Below, one piece after another: positions 37,942-47,382 of a DNA stretch of 64,000 nt. The notes beneath the pieces were generated by a model. That model was given only the letters and a program-made list of their open reading frames with translations, did not search any database and was not told the DNA's origin. Source of the stretch: an uncultured Porphyromonadaceae bacterium (GTDB lineage Bacteria; Bacteroidota; Bacteroidia; Bacteroidales; Muribaculaceae); NCBI GenBank assembly GCA_947174335.1, contig CAMWIM010000004.1:6997-70996 (forward strand). Reading direction: 5' to 3'. A program made the translations under genes and the position numbers. How positions within the stretch are numbered: the stretch's first letter is position 1; each line of letters begins with the position of its first letter.

Positions 37942-38721
37942 TCAGAATATTTTTTCAATGCCGAGACCAAAGAGAGCGAAGTCATATTTGATGGGGTCTT
38001 CGGCATCATATTTTCTTAATGCATCGGTCAGCTCAAGAACCGCTTTTCGGTCGTTTGATTTGCGAGACAATAAGTTAAGCGTACGTGATGTGTCGGCAAC
38101 GTGAACATCGAGCGGAATAAACAACTGAGATGGTTTGAGCGCTTTCCAAACACCCATATCGACGATTCCATCATTTCTAACGAGCCATCTGAGAGCCATG
38201 TTGACTCGTTTCAAAGGGGTTGATTTCAGATTGTCGGGCAAACATCTCACGCTTTTTTGATAACTGACATTTGCATCGGCAGTCAGTCGGTTGAGGCTTT
38301 CAACCATTTTCCAAGAGGGCAGTTCATCGTTGACCGCACCGGTTTTTACTGCGAAATTTTCAAGTGTTCCATATTGCGCATAAACCTGTTTCAGACCTCT
38401 GATAAAGTAAAGCAAATCACGTCCGAAAAACGTACGGTGAATGTTTGAATCCGGCGCAATGATGCCGGGTTGTTCAGCCTCTTCCATCACAAATCGGTAG
38501 GGCTGATTGTCCATCAGTTCGAGAAGCCGGTTACAGTCCCGACAAATCATTTTACGGTTTCCCCATGCGATATGGGCACACAATAATGCCGCGATTTCAA
38601 TATCCTCCTGTCGTGAAAATCGGCGTGGAAATTGAACGGGGTCTTCAGGGATAAACGACGGTTGATTTATTCGCTCAACCGCTTGATCCATTATTGATTT
38701 TAGCTCTTGATTCTGACTCAT
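37942..38721 (-). CDS. TIGR02757/DUF2400-like protein
   Basis: I prefer the ATG at 38721, which forms an ATGA overlap with the upstream GT2 stop. The family call is from memory of the conserved Bacteroidetes DUF2400 context next to glycosyltransferases. Confidence 0.55.
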   Translation of the reverse strand: MSQNQELKSIMDQAVERINQPSFIPEDPVQFPRRFSRQEDIEIAALLCAHIAWGNRKMICRDCNRLLELMDNQPYRFVMEEAEQPGIIAPDSNIHRTFFGRDLLYFIRGLKQVYAQYGTLENFAVKTGAVNDELPSWKMVESLNRLTADANVSYQKSVRCLPDNLKSTPLKRVNMALRWLVRNDGIVDMGVWKALKPSQLFIPLDVHVADTSRTLNLLSRKSNDRKAVLELTDALRKYDAEDPIKYDFALFGLGIEKIF

Positions 38722-39716
38722 CGGTTGTGGAAAATATAATGTTCGGTCAAGATGTTGCAACGCGGATTCATTGTTTTCAGTAGGTCAACATCGGGGTGAA
38801 CCGTGTAGTTTTTCTTCATTTTGGCAAAATCGCGATGGGCTTTGAAAATTGCCTTGGCATTCTTGAAATCAAACTTGACGACATACATCAGCCACGCGAG
38901 CGTGTCGAGCAAACGCCTGACAAAAAGTTTGCTCGAACGTGTGCGGTCAGGCAGGTTTTTATACATCATCAGAAGGTTGTTGCGGAAGTTCAGATAGGTC
39001 TTTCTCGGATTTTTGTAGTCGAGGCTTCCTCCTCCAAGATGATAAACTGTGCTTTCAGGTACTGCAAAAATTCGGTAGCCAAGCAGTTGCATACGCCAAC
39101 AAAGGTCAATCTCTTCCATGTGGGCAAAAAATTCGTTGTCAAGTCCGCCGGCTTTGATATAGGCATCACGTCTGACGGTCATAGCTGCTCCGCTTGCCCA
39201 GAAAATTGAAGACGGAGCGGCGTCATATTGTCCGTAGTCGGTTTCAACCGAATTGAAAACGCGTCCGCGACAATAAGGAAATCCATGAATATCAATCAGT
39301 CCGCCTGCCGCACCGGCGTGTTCAAATTTGGTTTTGTCTTTATATGATAGAATCTTTGGCTGTACTGCCCCGACGTGGGGATGACTCTCCATGAAATCAT
39401 ATAGCGGATTGAGCCATTGTTCCGTCGTCTCGACATCAGAGTTGAGCAACACAACATATTTGTTATCGACCATCTCGATAGCCTTGTTGTAGCCTCCGGC
39501 AAAGCCATAGTTTTTGTCAAAAGTAAACACTTCGACGTCTTGAAATTGTTCTCTCAAAACTTTGAGTGAGTTATCGGTCGATCCATTGTCTGCAACAATT
39601 ATGCGGGCAAGTTCGGGGTCGGTATTTGCTGTGACCGATGGCAAAAATTCTTGTAGTAGCTCGGCGCCATTCCAGTTTAAGATGATGACGGCTATCGGTT
39701 TTTCGGTGGCGTTCAT
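38718..39716 (-). CDS. family 2 glycosyltransferase
   Basis: VIILNWNG...VADNGSTD...LLNSDV (DxD region), typical GT2 rhamnosyltransferase-like. Confidence 0.85.
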   Translation of the reverse strand: MNATEKPIAVIILNWNGAELLQEFLPSVTANTDPELARIIVADNGSTDNSLKVLREQFQDVEVFTFDKNYGFAGGYNKAIEMVDNKYVVLLNSDVETTEQWLNPLYDFMESHPHVGAVQPKILSYKDKTKFEHAGAAGGLIDIHGFPYCRGRVFNSVETDYGQYDAAPSSIFWASGAAMTVRRDAYIKAGGLDNEFFAHMEEIDLCWRMQLLGYRIFAVPESTVYHLGGGSLDYKNPRKTYLNFRNNLLMMYKNLPDRTRSSKLFVRRLLDTLAWLMYVVKFDFKNAKAIFKAHRDFAKMKKNYTVHPDVDLLKTMNPRCNILTEHYIFHNR

Positions 39717-40624
39717 TGGTTTTTATCGGGGAGTGTGACCGGATTTTTCCAGCGGTTATGGCTCCAGAGCCAGTTTGCCGGGTCGCGGTCGATTGTTTGT
39801 TCGAGAAGTTTAAAATATTTGTCGGTGACCTCTTCGGGGGGCATTGTTGATGCGTTAAATGTTATAGGACGGGTAATGATGCGGTAGTGTCCGCGTCCTT
39901 CGTGACTAATGTCCCAGTAAACCACTCCGGTTGACATTCGACATGCCAGAGTAGCCGTCCCGGAAATGACGGCTGTCGGACGGCGCAAGAATGAAATAAC
40001 GTGAATTGGGTCGCCGTGGCTTGGCTTTTGATCTGACATAAAGCCTGTTACGGTTAAAAAACCGTCACGATGCATTGTCATGAGTTCGCGCAGAGTGCGA
40101 TTCTTGGGTATTGAAATAGACTCAAATCGGCTTCTGAGCTGAAGCATCAGAGAGTCAAACCAAACGTTTCGTAACGGACGGTATATCTGGCAGAACTTTA
40201 TCTTTTTACCGTTGATTTCGGGTGTAAGATATATGGTTGTAGATGGTGCCCATTCCCAGTTGAAACAGTGTGAAAAATAGATTGTTACCGACCGACCGTC
40301 CCGCAAAATTGACTCAATCAACTCGAGATTTTCAAATTTCATTCGTTTCTCCATCTCGCGGTTGCTGATATGCAGCAACTTGACGGTCTCAAAAAAGTAG
40401 TCTGACAGTCGGTGGTAAAATTCGTCAGCAATGACCTCCAGTTTCTTTTGATTTTTTTCTGGATAGCACGCTTTGAGGTTTGACAAAATTATCTTACGGC
40501 GGTATCTGATGATGTGGCAAAGTATAAATCCGATTATATCACTGAAAAAGTATAGCACACCGAGCGGAAGCCGGGCGAGCGACTTCAGCAAAAAGCCGAC
40601 TATGTCATACATCATTTTTTTCAT
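39713..40624 (-). CDS. lysophospholipid / lipid A (LpxL/HtrB-like) acyltransferase
   Basis: N-terminal TM segment, FSHCFNWEW (HxxxxD/E-like acyltransferase box region), ~300 aa. 4-nt overlap with the GT2 gene. Confidence 0.7.
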   Translation of the reverse strand: MKKMMYDIVGFLLKSLARLPLGVLYFFSDIIGFILCHIIRYRRKIILSNLKACYPEKNQKKLEVIADEFYHRLSDYFFETVKLLHISNREMEKRMKFENLELIESILRDGRSVTIYFSHCFNWEWAPSTTIYLTPEINGKKIKFCQIYRPLRNVWFDSLMLQLRSRFESISIPKNRTLRELMTMHRDGFLTVTGFMSDQKPSHGDPIHVISFLRRPTAVISGTATLACRMSTGVVYWDISHEGRGHYRIITRPITFNASTMPPEEVTDKYFKLLEQTIDRDPANWLWSHNRWKNPVTLPDKNQ

Positions 40625-40645
40625 GAGACGATAACTATTATTTAT

Positions 40646-41764
40646 CTATCGTTTTGAACTAGTTGAAAATCTTTTCTCAAATACATTATCTCTGTGGTAT
40701 TTAAGATACTCGATTCTTTTAGGATTTAGTAATTTTTTATCTAGTACAAAATTTGACAGGTATTTTTTCATATCATCATCTAAAGCATATGAAGGCATAA
40801 TTGTCCCATCATCAGAAAATGTAATATAGCCTAAGTCAAATAATGAGTCAAAAGCTTTATTTAAGAGTAGACCATTATTCAAATCAAATTGATCCGTAGA
40901 GCCATCGGTGCAATGACTATAGGGCTTAATATGAGAGGCAATAAGAACAGGGTGCGCTAATCCGTCCAACATACATTTAGGGGTCTTACATTTGTAATAT
41001 GAACAACTTTCCTCCTCAAGCTCTGATTTATAGACTCGTTGCAAGTACGGATCTCTTACTGCCTTTTTTTGTTTTTCATCGCCAAACAATCTATCAGCAT
41101 CCGTTTTGAAGTATATCATACCATCATGAATGCATAAGTCATCAAGGCGTCCTAATAAGTTTAGAAAATGTTCAATTTGATTATATTTTCTATCTATGAA
41201 GTCTATATCAGTTGCATTTTTATATAACCTATCTAGTTCTTCCTTGTTAAGAAATCCTTTTTTATATTTATTAATATCTGCATTCATAATTGCAATGAGA
41301 GCTCTTTTATCAAGAGCACCAACTTCTTCGAGAGTTTTCAATAAAAATTGGATTTGTTTAGTAGAATGACTTTCTGGTTCAGATATAGAATTTTGAAAAT
41401 TGCTATAACTATATACAATCTTAGATAAAATATTTGAACGTCGCCTATCAGTCTTAGCTTCAATATAGGATTTAGCCTCTGCATTATATCCTTGCATATT
41501 TGGCTTTAAAAAGCCAAGTTTAACCAATTGATTTATACCCTTCCTGGAAGAAGCGTCGGGCGAGTCTCCTTTAAACCCAATTGCATTAATAACCAAATCT
41601 TGTAATTTTTTATAGTCATCATCTTGGTAATTTTTTATACCATTTTCATCAAAATAATCTAAACAGGTCCGCAAACAGGTTAAAAATTTTTTACCATTTA
41701 AATCTGTCCAAGCAGCAGTATATTTCCAATATTCCTCGTATATTTGATTAACTCTATTTTTCAT
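40646..41764 (-). CDS. restriction endonuclease candidate with a C-terminal HNH nuclease domain
   Basis: ASHIKPYSHC....NGLLLNKAFDSLFDLGYITF is the HNH (PF13391-like) signature. 4-nt overlap with the upstream methyltransferase gene. Confidence 0.65.
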   Translation of the reverse strand: MKNRVNQIYEEYWKYTAAWTDLNGKKFLTCLRTCLDYFDENGIKNYQDDDYKKLQDLVINAIGFKGDSPDASSRKGINQLVKLGFLKPNMQGYNAEAKSYIEAKTDRRRSNILSKIVYSYSNFQNSISEPESHSTKQIQFLLKTLEEVGALDKRALIAIMNADINKYKKGFLNKEELDRLYKNATDIDFIDRKYNQIEHFLNLLGRLDDLCIHDGMIYFKTDADRLFGDEKQKKAVRDPYLQRVYKSELEEESCSYYKCKTPKCMLDGLAHPVLIASHIKPYSHCTDGSTDQFDLNNGLLLNKAFDSLFDLGYITFSDDGTIMPSYALDDDMKKYLSNFVLDKKLLNPKRIEYLKYHRDNVFEKRFSTSSKR

Positions 41765-42765
41765 AAATGTGTATCAATTAAAAATAAATATTCTATATCA
41801 TTCTTCTTTTTTTCTTTACCAGTAACACGGTATGCATAAGGCATTTCGTGTACAGCAATATCATTAGAAAAATGATTTAACAATTCCAACATTTCATCTT
41901 TAGAAGGCGTAGAACGGCTGTTATAACTTAACATCCAGTATCTATATTTAGAAAGTCTTGAAAATAATTCGTAGAAAAGATATTTGATATTTTTCTTGTC
42001 CATGAAGTTTTTATCAAAAGGCTTCACTTGTTCACCTTTTATATACGAATCAAGTAGCCCATAAAAGCCATAATAATCATTCATAGTTCCACTGTATGGC
42101 GGATCTAAATAAATAACATCTGCGTTGGTTATATTTATTGCATCAAAAATATCTAAATTGAGGGCTTTGTTATTTTTTTGATTATCAAATATAGCATTAT
42201 TATACTCATTTAAATTATCCTCAAAATGAAATCTAAATGTTTTATTATGATATGATCGTCGTCTGCCATATTTTGAATAACTTAAATCTTCATTCCTTAA
42301 CTCTACAATCTTATCCCAATTTATTGTAAAACGAGAGTATGGCATTTTTCTAATCATTGCTCTTCTAAGGAGAGCAAATGCTAGAGACTTTTTATATGGA
42401 TTTAAGAATGAATCAATGTTTTTACGAATTATATCAAGTTCCTTGCATTCGTCAGGATAATAAAATCGGTTAGAGTAATTATTAAACATAAATCCTTCGA
42501 TAGGCTCTCCACTAAATAGTTGGTCAACGTCATCTTTACTTAATAAAGTTTCATTATTTTCAATAAAGGCCTTTGCAATTTGAAAATTTATATTAAGTAT
42601 GTCGTTTGAAAAGACTTGAAGACCAAGTGTTTTAGCCTTGTAACTGACAGAGCAACCTCCCGAAAAGGCATCAAAAAATGAATTTGCATCGTGAGGGATT
42701 AATGATGCAATCCAATCTACAATCTTTTCTTTATTTCCAATATAATTTATGGTCGGATATTTCAT
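41761..42765 (-). CDS. N6-adenine DNA methyltransferase (D12/Dam-like class)
   Basis: INYIGNKEKI, FDAFSGGCS (FxGxG), IYLDPPY (motif IV). Confidence 0.8.
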   Translation of the reverse strand: MKYPTINYIGNKEKIVDWIASLIPHDANSFFDAFSGGCSVSYKAKTLGLQVFSNDILNINFQIAKAFIENNETLLSKDDVDQLFSGEPIEGFMFNNYSNRFYYPDECKELDIIRKNIDSFLNPYKKSLAFALLRRAMIRKMPYSRFTINWDKIVELRNEDLSYSKYGRRRSYHNKTFRFHFEDNLNEYNNAIFDNQKNNKALNLDIFDAINITNADVIYLDPPYSGTMNDYYGFYGLLDSYIKGEQVKPFDKNFMDKKNIKYLFYELFSRLSKYRYWMLSYNSRSTPSKDEMLELLNHFSNDIAVHEMPYAYRVTGKEKKKNDIEYLFLIDTHL

Positions 42766-43754
42766 TTATAAAGCATCTCTTTAATAGATTCAGCAATGCA
42801 ATATGCTAATTTAGGAGGAACGGAATTCCCAACCATTTGCTGTTGCTTTATGCTGTTCCCTAAAAAAATAAAGTTATCTGGGTAACTCTGAATTGCAGCA
42901 AGTTCTCGGACTGTCAACGCCCTATTTTGTGAATAATGAAAAACTTTTCTCATATCACCAGTAATACAAATAGATGGTTTTGTACTATCATAGCGAATAT
43001 ATTTTCTAATATCCCCTTTTTGAGGTCGAATTTCTTCTGGTATATCCATTCTTGAGCCACCATCTTTGACGTAACTCATTTTTTCAAGCATTTGGGAGGA
43101 GTGAGTCATTGCTTGATGATTTGGTATCAAGGAGTTTTGACCACTTTGTAATGGTGGATAGCAGTCAATAGCATCTTTGATAGTCATTTTAGAACCGCTG
43201 TGTTTTCGAGGAAATACTATATCAGTATCTATATTGTTCTTAATTCCTATAAATAAAACACGATATCTATTTTGTGGAACGCCAAAGTCTGACGCGCAAA
43301 CAATCTGAGCTTCAACCTTATATCCTACTTCTTCAAATCTTTTAATAATTTCAAACCTTGTAGAGCCATTAAGTCGAGTATATAATCGTGCGACATTTTC
43401 CATTACAAAACAAGTTGGTTTGACTATGTCTACAACTCGAACAAATTCTTTAAAAAGATTATTTCTTGGATCATCAAGGAACTTGCGACCTATATTTGAG
43501 GCCATACTAAACCCCTGACAAGGAGGGCCGCCTATAATTACATCAATTTTTCTACCATTAATTGCCTTTTTAATTTCATCACTTGTTAATTTTGTAATAT
43601 CAATTTCAAACAAATGATGATTAGGAAAGTTATAATTGTAGGTTCTACATATTTCATGATCATATTCAACTGAAAATATATTCTCAAATCCAGCCTTGTC
43701 AAAACCAAGAGAAAAGCCTCCTGATCCGGAAAATAAGTCAATGTATGTAGGCAT
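42762..43754 (-). CDS. C5-cytosine DNA methyltransferase
   Basis: DLFSGSGGFS (I), GGPPCQGFS (IV), ENV (VI), QNRYRV (VIII), GNSVPP (X). Confidence 0.9.
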   Translation of the reverse strand: MPTYIDLFSGSGGFSLGFDKAGFENIFSVEYDHEICRTYNYNFPNHHLFEIDITKLTSDEIKKAINGRKIDVIIGGPPCQGFSMASNIGRKFLDDPRNNLFKEFVRVVDIVKPTCFVMENVARLYTRLNGSTRFEIIKRFEEVGYKVEAQIVCASDFGVPQNRYRVLFIGIKNNIDTDIVFPRKHSGSKMTIKDAIDCYPPLQSGQNSLIPNHQAMTHSSQMLEKMSYVKDGGSRMDIPEEIRPQKGDIRKYIRYDSTKPSICITGDMRKVFHYSQNRALTVRELAAIQSYPDNFIFLGNSIKQQQMVGNSVPPKLAYCIAESIKEMLYK

Positions 43755-43866
43755 TATAATTCAGTTTTAGGGCTTAATGGGAAACTCAAGTTAATCGTTA
43801 AAAGTATATATCATGAAAATATCACTATTCTATTTTGCAATAATTAAGAAAGTAAAATCATAATTG

Positions 43867-43874
43867 CAAAGTTA
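43867..43874 (-). promoter_or_regulatory. -7 promoter box of the RM operon
   Basis: rc = TAACTTTG (TAnnTTTG), about 113 nt upstream of the C5-methyltransferase start. Confidence 0.5.
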
Positions 43875-44012
43875 CGAATTTTTTGTGGTTTAAGATGTAT
43901 AATTTTTGTGAAAGAAATAAGATTCGTTTTACTTATATATAGAACAATATTTTTATTTAAAAATAGTGAACCATAAAGGACTAGATATAAAATATATGCT
44001 TAATGTGATTTT

Positions 44013-45332
44013 TCATGAGACAATAATACCTTTAGATTCCTCTGCTTTAGGATTATAGCTTTTCAACTCAACGTTCACAATGGTGTTGTCGAGTGAGTTG
44101 TCGGCAGGAACTTTAACTTTCAGATAGTTGTCGGTGAAACCCGAAAGAACGCCGGGGGTGCTTCCATGTTCGAGCAGTACCGGACGAACCGTATTGATAA
44201 AACGGGAGGTAAATTCGGTTAACTTTTTGTCTGACAGGTCGATCATTACCGCTGTACGACGATGTTTTTCAGTTTGATCGACAACGTGGTCAATTGAAAG
44301 TGCACGGGTGCCGGGACGCTCGGAGTAGGGGAACACGTGAAGTCGTGAAATGTCAAGCGATTCAACAAAGTCGCGTGACTTCTCGAATTCTTCGAGGGTT
44401 TCACCTCGGGTACCGACCATCAGGTCAACACCGATAAAAGCATCGGGCATCGCTTGTCTGATAAGCTCCATTTTATGACGGAAATGGGCTGTGTCATAGT
44501 GACGGTGCATCAGTTTCAGAACGGCATCAGAGCCCGCTTGCAACGGCACATGGAAATGGGGCATAAATCGGTGCGAGTTAGCTACAAAATCAATGATTTC
44601 CTCGCTGAGCAAATTCGGCTCGATTGACGATATGCGGTAACGGTCGATGCCGTCGATTTGGTCAAGCTCTTTGATGAGGTCAAGAAAATTTCGGTCAGTT
44701 CCTTTGCCAAAATCACCGATGTTGACGCCTGTAATCACAACTTCGCGCCCCCCCTCCTTTACAACCTGATTGACCTGCTCAACCATCGATTGGATAGAAC
44801 CCGAGCGGCTGCGTCCGCGAGCAATCGGGATGGTGCAGTATGTACACCAGTAGTCACACCCGTCTTGAACCTTCAAAAAATAGCGGGTGCGGTCACCGCG
44901 TGAGCATGACGGGGTGAACTTGGTAATTTCGCGAGACGGCGTGACAACGAGCTGTTGGTTACGTTGTTCAACCCATTTGTCAAGAAAGTCGGCAAGATTT
45001 TGCTTTTGGTCAGAACCGGCGACGATAGCGACCCCGTCGATAGAGGCAATTTCGCCCGGTTTGAGCTGAGCATAACAACCGGTAACAATTATCGGCGCAT
45101 TTGGATAGCGTTTGGCAAATGACCTTATAGCCTGACGGCATTTTTTGTCGGCAAGGTCGGTAACGCTGCAAGAGTTGATGACAACCAAGTCGGGTATCTC
45201 TCCCTCAGCGACACGTCTGATTCCCCTTTGCCTGAACATATTAGCCACAGTCGAGGTCTCGGCAAAGTTAAGTTTGCATCCAAACGTATGAAATAGCGCG
45301 GTCGCTATCCCTGATATAGTGTGATCGGTCAT
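44013..45332 (-). CDS. mtaB: tRNA (t6A37) methylthiotransferase MtaB (radical SAM)
   Basis: N-terminal UPF0004 domain (TFGCKLNFAE), radical-SAM CDYWCTYC, C-terminal TRAM-like domain. 439 aa. Confidence 0.85.
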   Translation of the reverse strand: MTDHTISGIATALFHTFGCKLNFAETSTVANMFRQRGIRRVAEGEIPDLVVINSCSVTDLADKKCRQAIRSFAKRYPNAPIIVTGCYAQLKPGEIASIDGVAIVAGSDQKQNLADFLDKWVEQRNQQLVVTPSREITKFTPSCSRGDRTRYFLKVQDGCDYWCTYCTIPIARGRSRSGSIQSMVEQVNQVVKEGGREVVITGVNIGDFGKGTDRNFLDLIKELDQIDGIDRYRISSIEPNLLSEEIIDFVANSHRFMPHFHVPLQAGSDAVLKLMHRHYDTAHFRHKMELIRQAMPDAFIGVDLMVGTRGETLEEFEKSRDFVESLDISRLHVFPYSERPGTRALSIDHVVDQTEKHRRTAVMIDLSDKKLTEFTSRFINTVRPVLLEHGSTPGVLSGFTDNYLKVKVPADNSLDNTIVNVELKSYNPKAEESKGIIVS

Positions 45333-45419
45333 TGTTCAATCAAAAATAAGGACAATGCAAAGTTAATGAATTTGAGCGAAACAGACAACATCCCCCAGGT
45401 TTATACATCAGCAATTAAT

Positions 45420-45583
45420 AGCAAGAGGCAAAAGAATAATACCTCTCTTGCTTACATGAACCAGCCAAATGTAGTATAAAATTATGAGATTTGGCTGCCT
45501 GATGTAAGTAAATTTATAGATTGTGCCACAAAGGTGCCAAATCAACAAAATTATACCAACATTTGGCACCTTCGTGGGTTTTT
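45420..45583 (+). other. cluster of three strong hairpins; the last has a U-tract on the plus strand
   Basis: H1: agcaagagg/cctct(ct)tgct at 45420-45452. H2: cagccaaat/atttggctg at 45462-45497. H3: ccacaaaggtgccaaat/atttggcaccttcgtgg at 45526-45577, then gttttt. The H2 and H3 loops are both 18 nt and both contain aaaattat. Confidence 0.6.
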
Positions 45584-45710
45584 ATTAAATATGCAGCCTA
45601 AAACCATATCTATGATATAGTGGAAGAAAACGATAAATCTCAAAATTACTCCACTCGAATAGTATTAAGAATTACATATAGTTAGCGTTATACATATTGT
45701 AATGATAAAT

Positions 45711-46403
45711 TTATTTAGGAGGTAGAATCTTAACAATGTGATGAAGCTCAATGTGCTCTTTCTTTGCGGCATTTAAAGCATATTTCAGTATGCGCATAAT
45801 GCCTGGGCTTCGTCTATGAATAGTCGATGGACTTAACCCCTGAAGATAGTTATTGATAGTGACATCACGAGTTAAAATATCTCTAATAATGGTTCCGTAA
45901 AATGGGTCTCTTAGAATTGACCTTGCTATAAATGCAGACTTATCATCCTCATTAAGTTCTTTATAAACATACCCAAAACAACTTAAATACCAGGAACTAT
46001 AATATTGAAATACCAGACCGAGCTGCTTAGATGTTTTTATTTGGTTTTCACCATACTTACGGAGTGCGTATTCCGTTTGACTCTTACAATAATGAGGAAA
46101 TAATCGACCAATTTCTTCAAATGAATAGCCGGGATTATCATTATCAGAAAGGATAGAACACATCTCTATTTCAGACGCAGAGAATGAGCTGCTTTGAGTC
46201 ATATCCTCTGTGCTAATTGGAGGGTAGTCCCAAGAAATAATGAAATAGAGAAATTCCTCGTAAGGAATATCGATAATACTCTTAACGTATTTTTTAAGCA
46301 TAGATATAGGGATGTTGTATGAATAATCATCCAACATCTTATCATTTACTTGATTCTCCAACGAACGGTAAAAGAAGGATTCTATCTTGCCTTGGTTATT
46401 CAA
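45711..46403 (-). CDS. hypothetical protein, last gene of the six-gene operon (possible HTH region)
   Basis: 8-nt overlap with the upstream gene. GYSFEEIGRLF...TEYALRKYGENQIKTSKQLGLV looks helix-turn-helix-like. No family recognised. Confidence 0.5.
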   Translation of the reverse strand: MNNQGKIESFFYRSLENQVNDKMLDDYSYNIPISMLKKYVKSIIDIPYEEFLYFIISWDYPPISTEDMTQSSSFSASEIEMCSILSDNDNPGYSFEEIGRLFPHYCKSQTEYALRKYGENQIKTSKQLGLVFQYYSSWYLSCFGYVYKELNEDDKSAFIARSILRDPFYGTIIRDILTRDVTINNYLQGLSPSTIHRRSPGIMRILKYALNAAKKEHIELHHIVKILPPK

Positions 46404-47382
46404 TAGACATCAGCGTTTTAAGTTGGGCATATAGTTTTTTCAACTCAGTATAAAGCCCCATATCGCTCAAATTTTCAAGAATAGCCGTGCTCTCGTTGGA
46501 TACCGCAATATTAAAGTTACGGATTTTGGCAGTGAGATTAGCTATTTTACTATCGCTCTCCACGAGTTCAACTGCCTCATCTAGTGACATTGTCTCATTG
46601 ATAAAGCCATTGATCGCTTCATCCGTGACCTCACTTTCAGAGCCGACAATCTTACCGACTTTTCTTAACTCACGAGCATCGGCAAATTTCCCGTCTTTGA
46701 TTCTTTCAAGAATGGTTTCTTTAATGGCTAACAGGGGATAGTTTTCATCTGCTCTTTGTATTGCGCCATTTTTAACAAACTCGTGATAGTAGCTCCATTT
46801 ATCACGCACGAGATCATCGTTTTGCTCCATAAGATCATAAGTGGCAATGTACTTATGAGCAGCAGAACGAGTAAGACCTAACTCATCAGCGATTGCATCA
46901 ACCTTTTTACGTGATGTCGTGATGCGCTTACGTAAATAAGCTGCTTGCTCAAAAGGAGACCAAGGAGTTTTCCCAATTATGTGCATGGTGCCAAGCAGAG
47001 AAAAAATCTGGTCAGCGGTTACTGATGAAGGAAGAAGGACTGCTCTAATGCTAGACCATTTAATGGGATCCTCATGCACGAGCAGGCGGTATGCAGCTAA
47101 ACGGCTGTTGCCTTCTAAAACTACACTATCTTTAACGAAGATAGGCTCAATGAGACCGCCATTAACCCTGATACTGTTTTTCAACTCCTTTACATGGTCA
47201 AGGGACTGCATCTTCTGCTCAATCTGCTCCTGTGTGGGATTATCACCAAATTCGGATTCGATAATGCTATTGATACGCGGGTTTTCAGGATAGTATTGTA
47301 GATCAACAATGCTGATGTCTGTTTCTACCGCCTCAACGATGCTGTTTTCAATGCGTATAAATTTCTTAGTCTCTTCCATCAT
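46396..47382 (-). CDS. ParB/Srx-like N-terminal domain protein (paralog 2)
   Basis: YYPENPRINS ... LKNSIRVNGGLIEPIFV...VVLEGNSRLAAY (ParB N-domain Arg-patch region). GKTPWSPFEQAAYL parallels GPRAWDPYSKAKYL in paralog 1. Confidence 0.7.
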   Translation of the reverse strand: MMEETKKFIRIENSIVEAVETDISIVDLQYYPENPRINSIIESEFGDNPTQEQIEQKMQSLDHVKELKNSIRVNGGLIEPIFVKDSVVLEGNSRLAAYRLLVHEDPIKWSSIRAVLLPSSVTADQIFSLLGTMHIIGKTPWSPFEQAAYLRKRITTSRKKVDAIADELGLTRSAAHKYIATYDLMEQNDDLVRDKWSYYHEFVKNGAIQRADENYPLLAIKETILERIKDGKFADARELRKVGKIVGSESEVTDEAINGFINETMSLDEAVELVESDSKIANLTAKIRNFNIAVSNESTAILENLSDMGLYTELKKLYAQLKTLMSIE

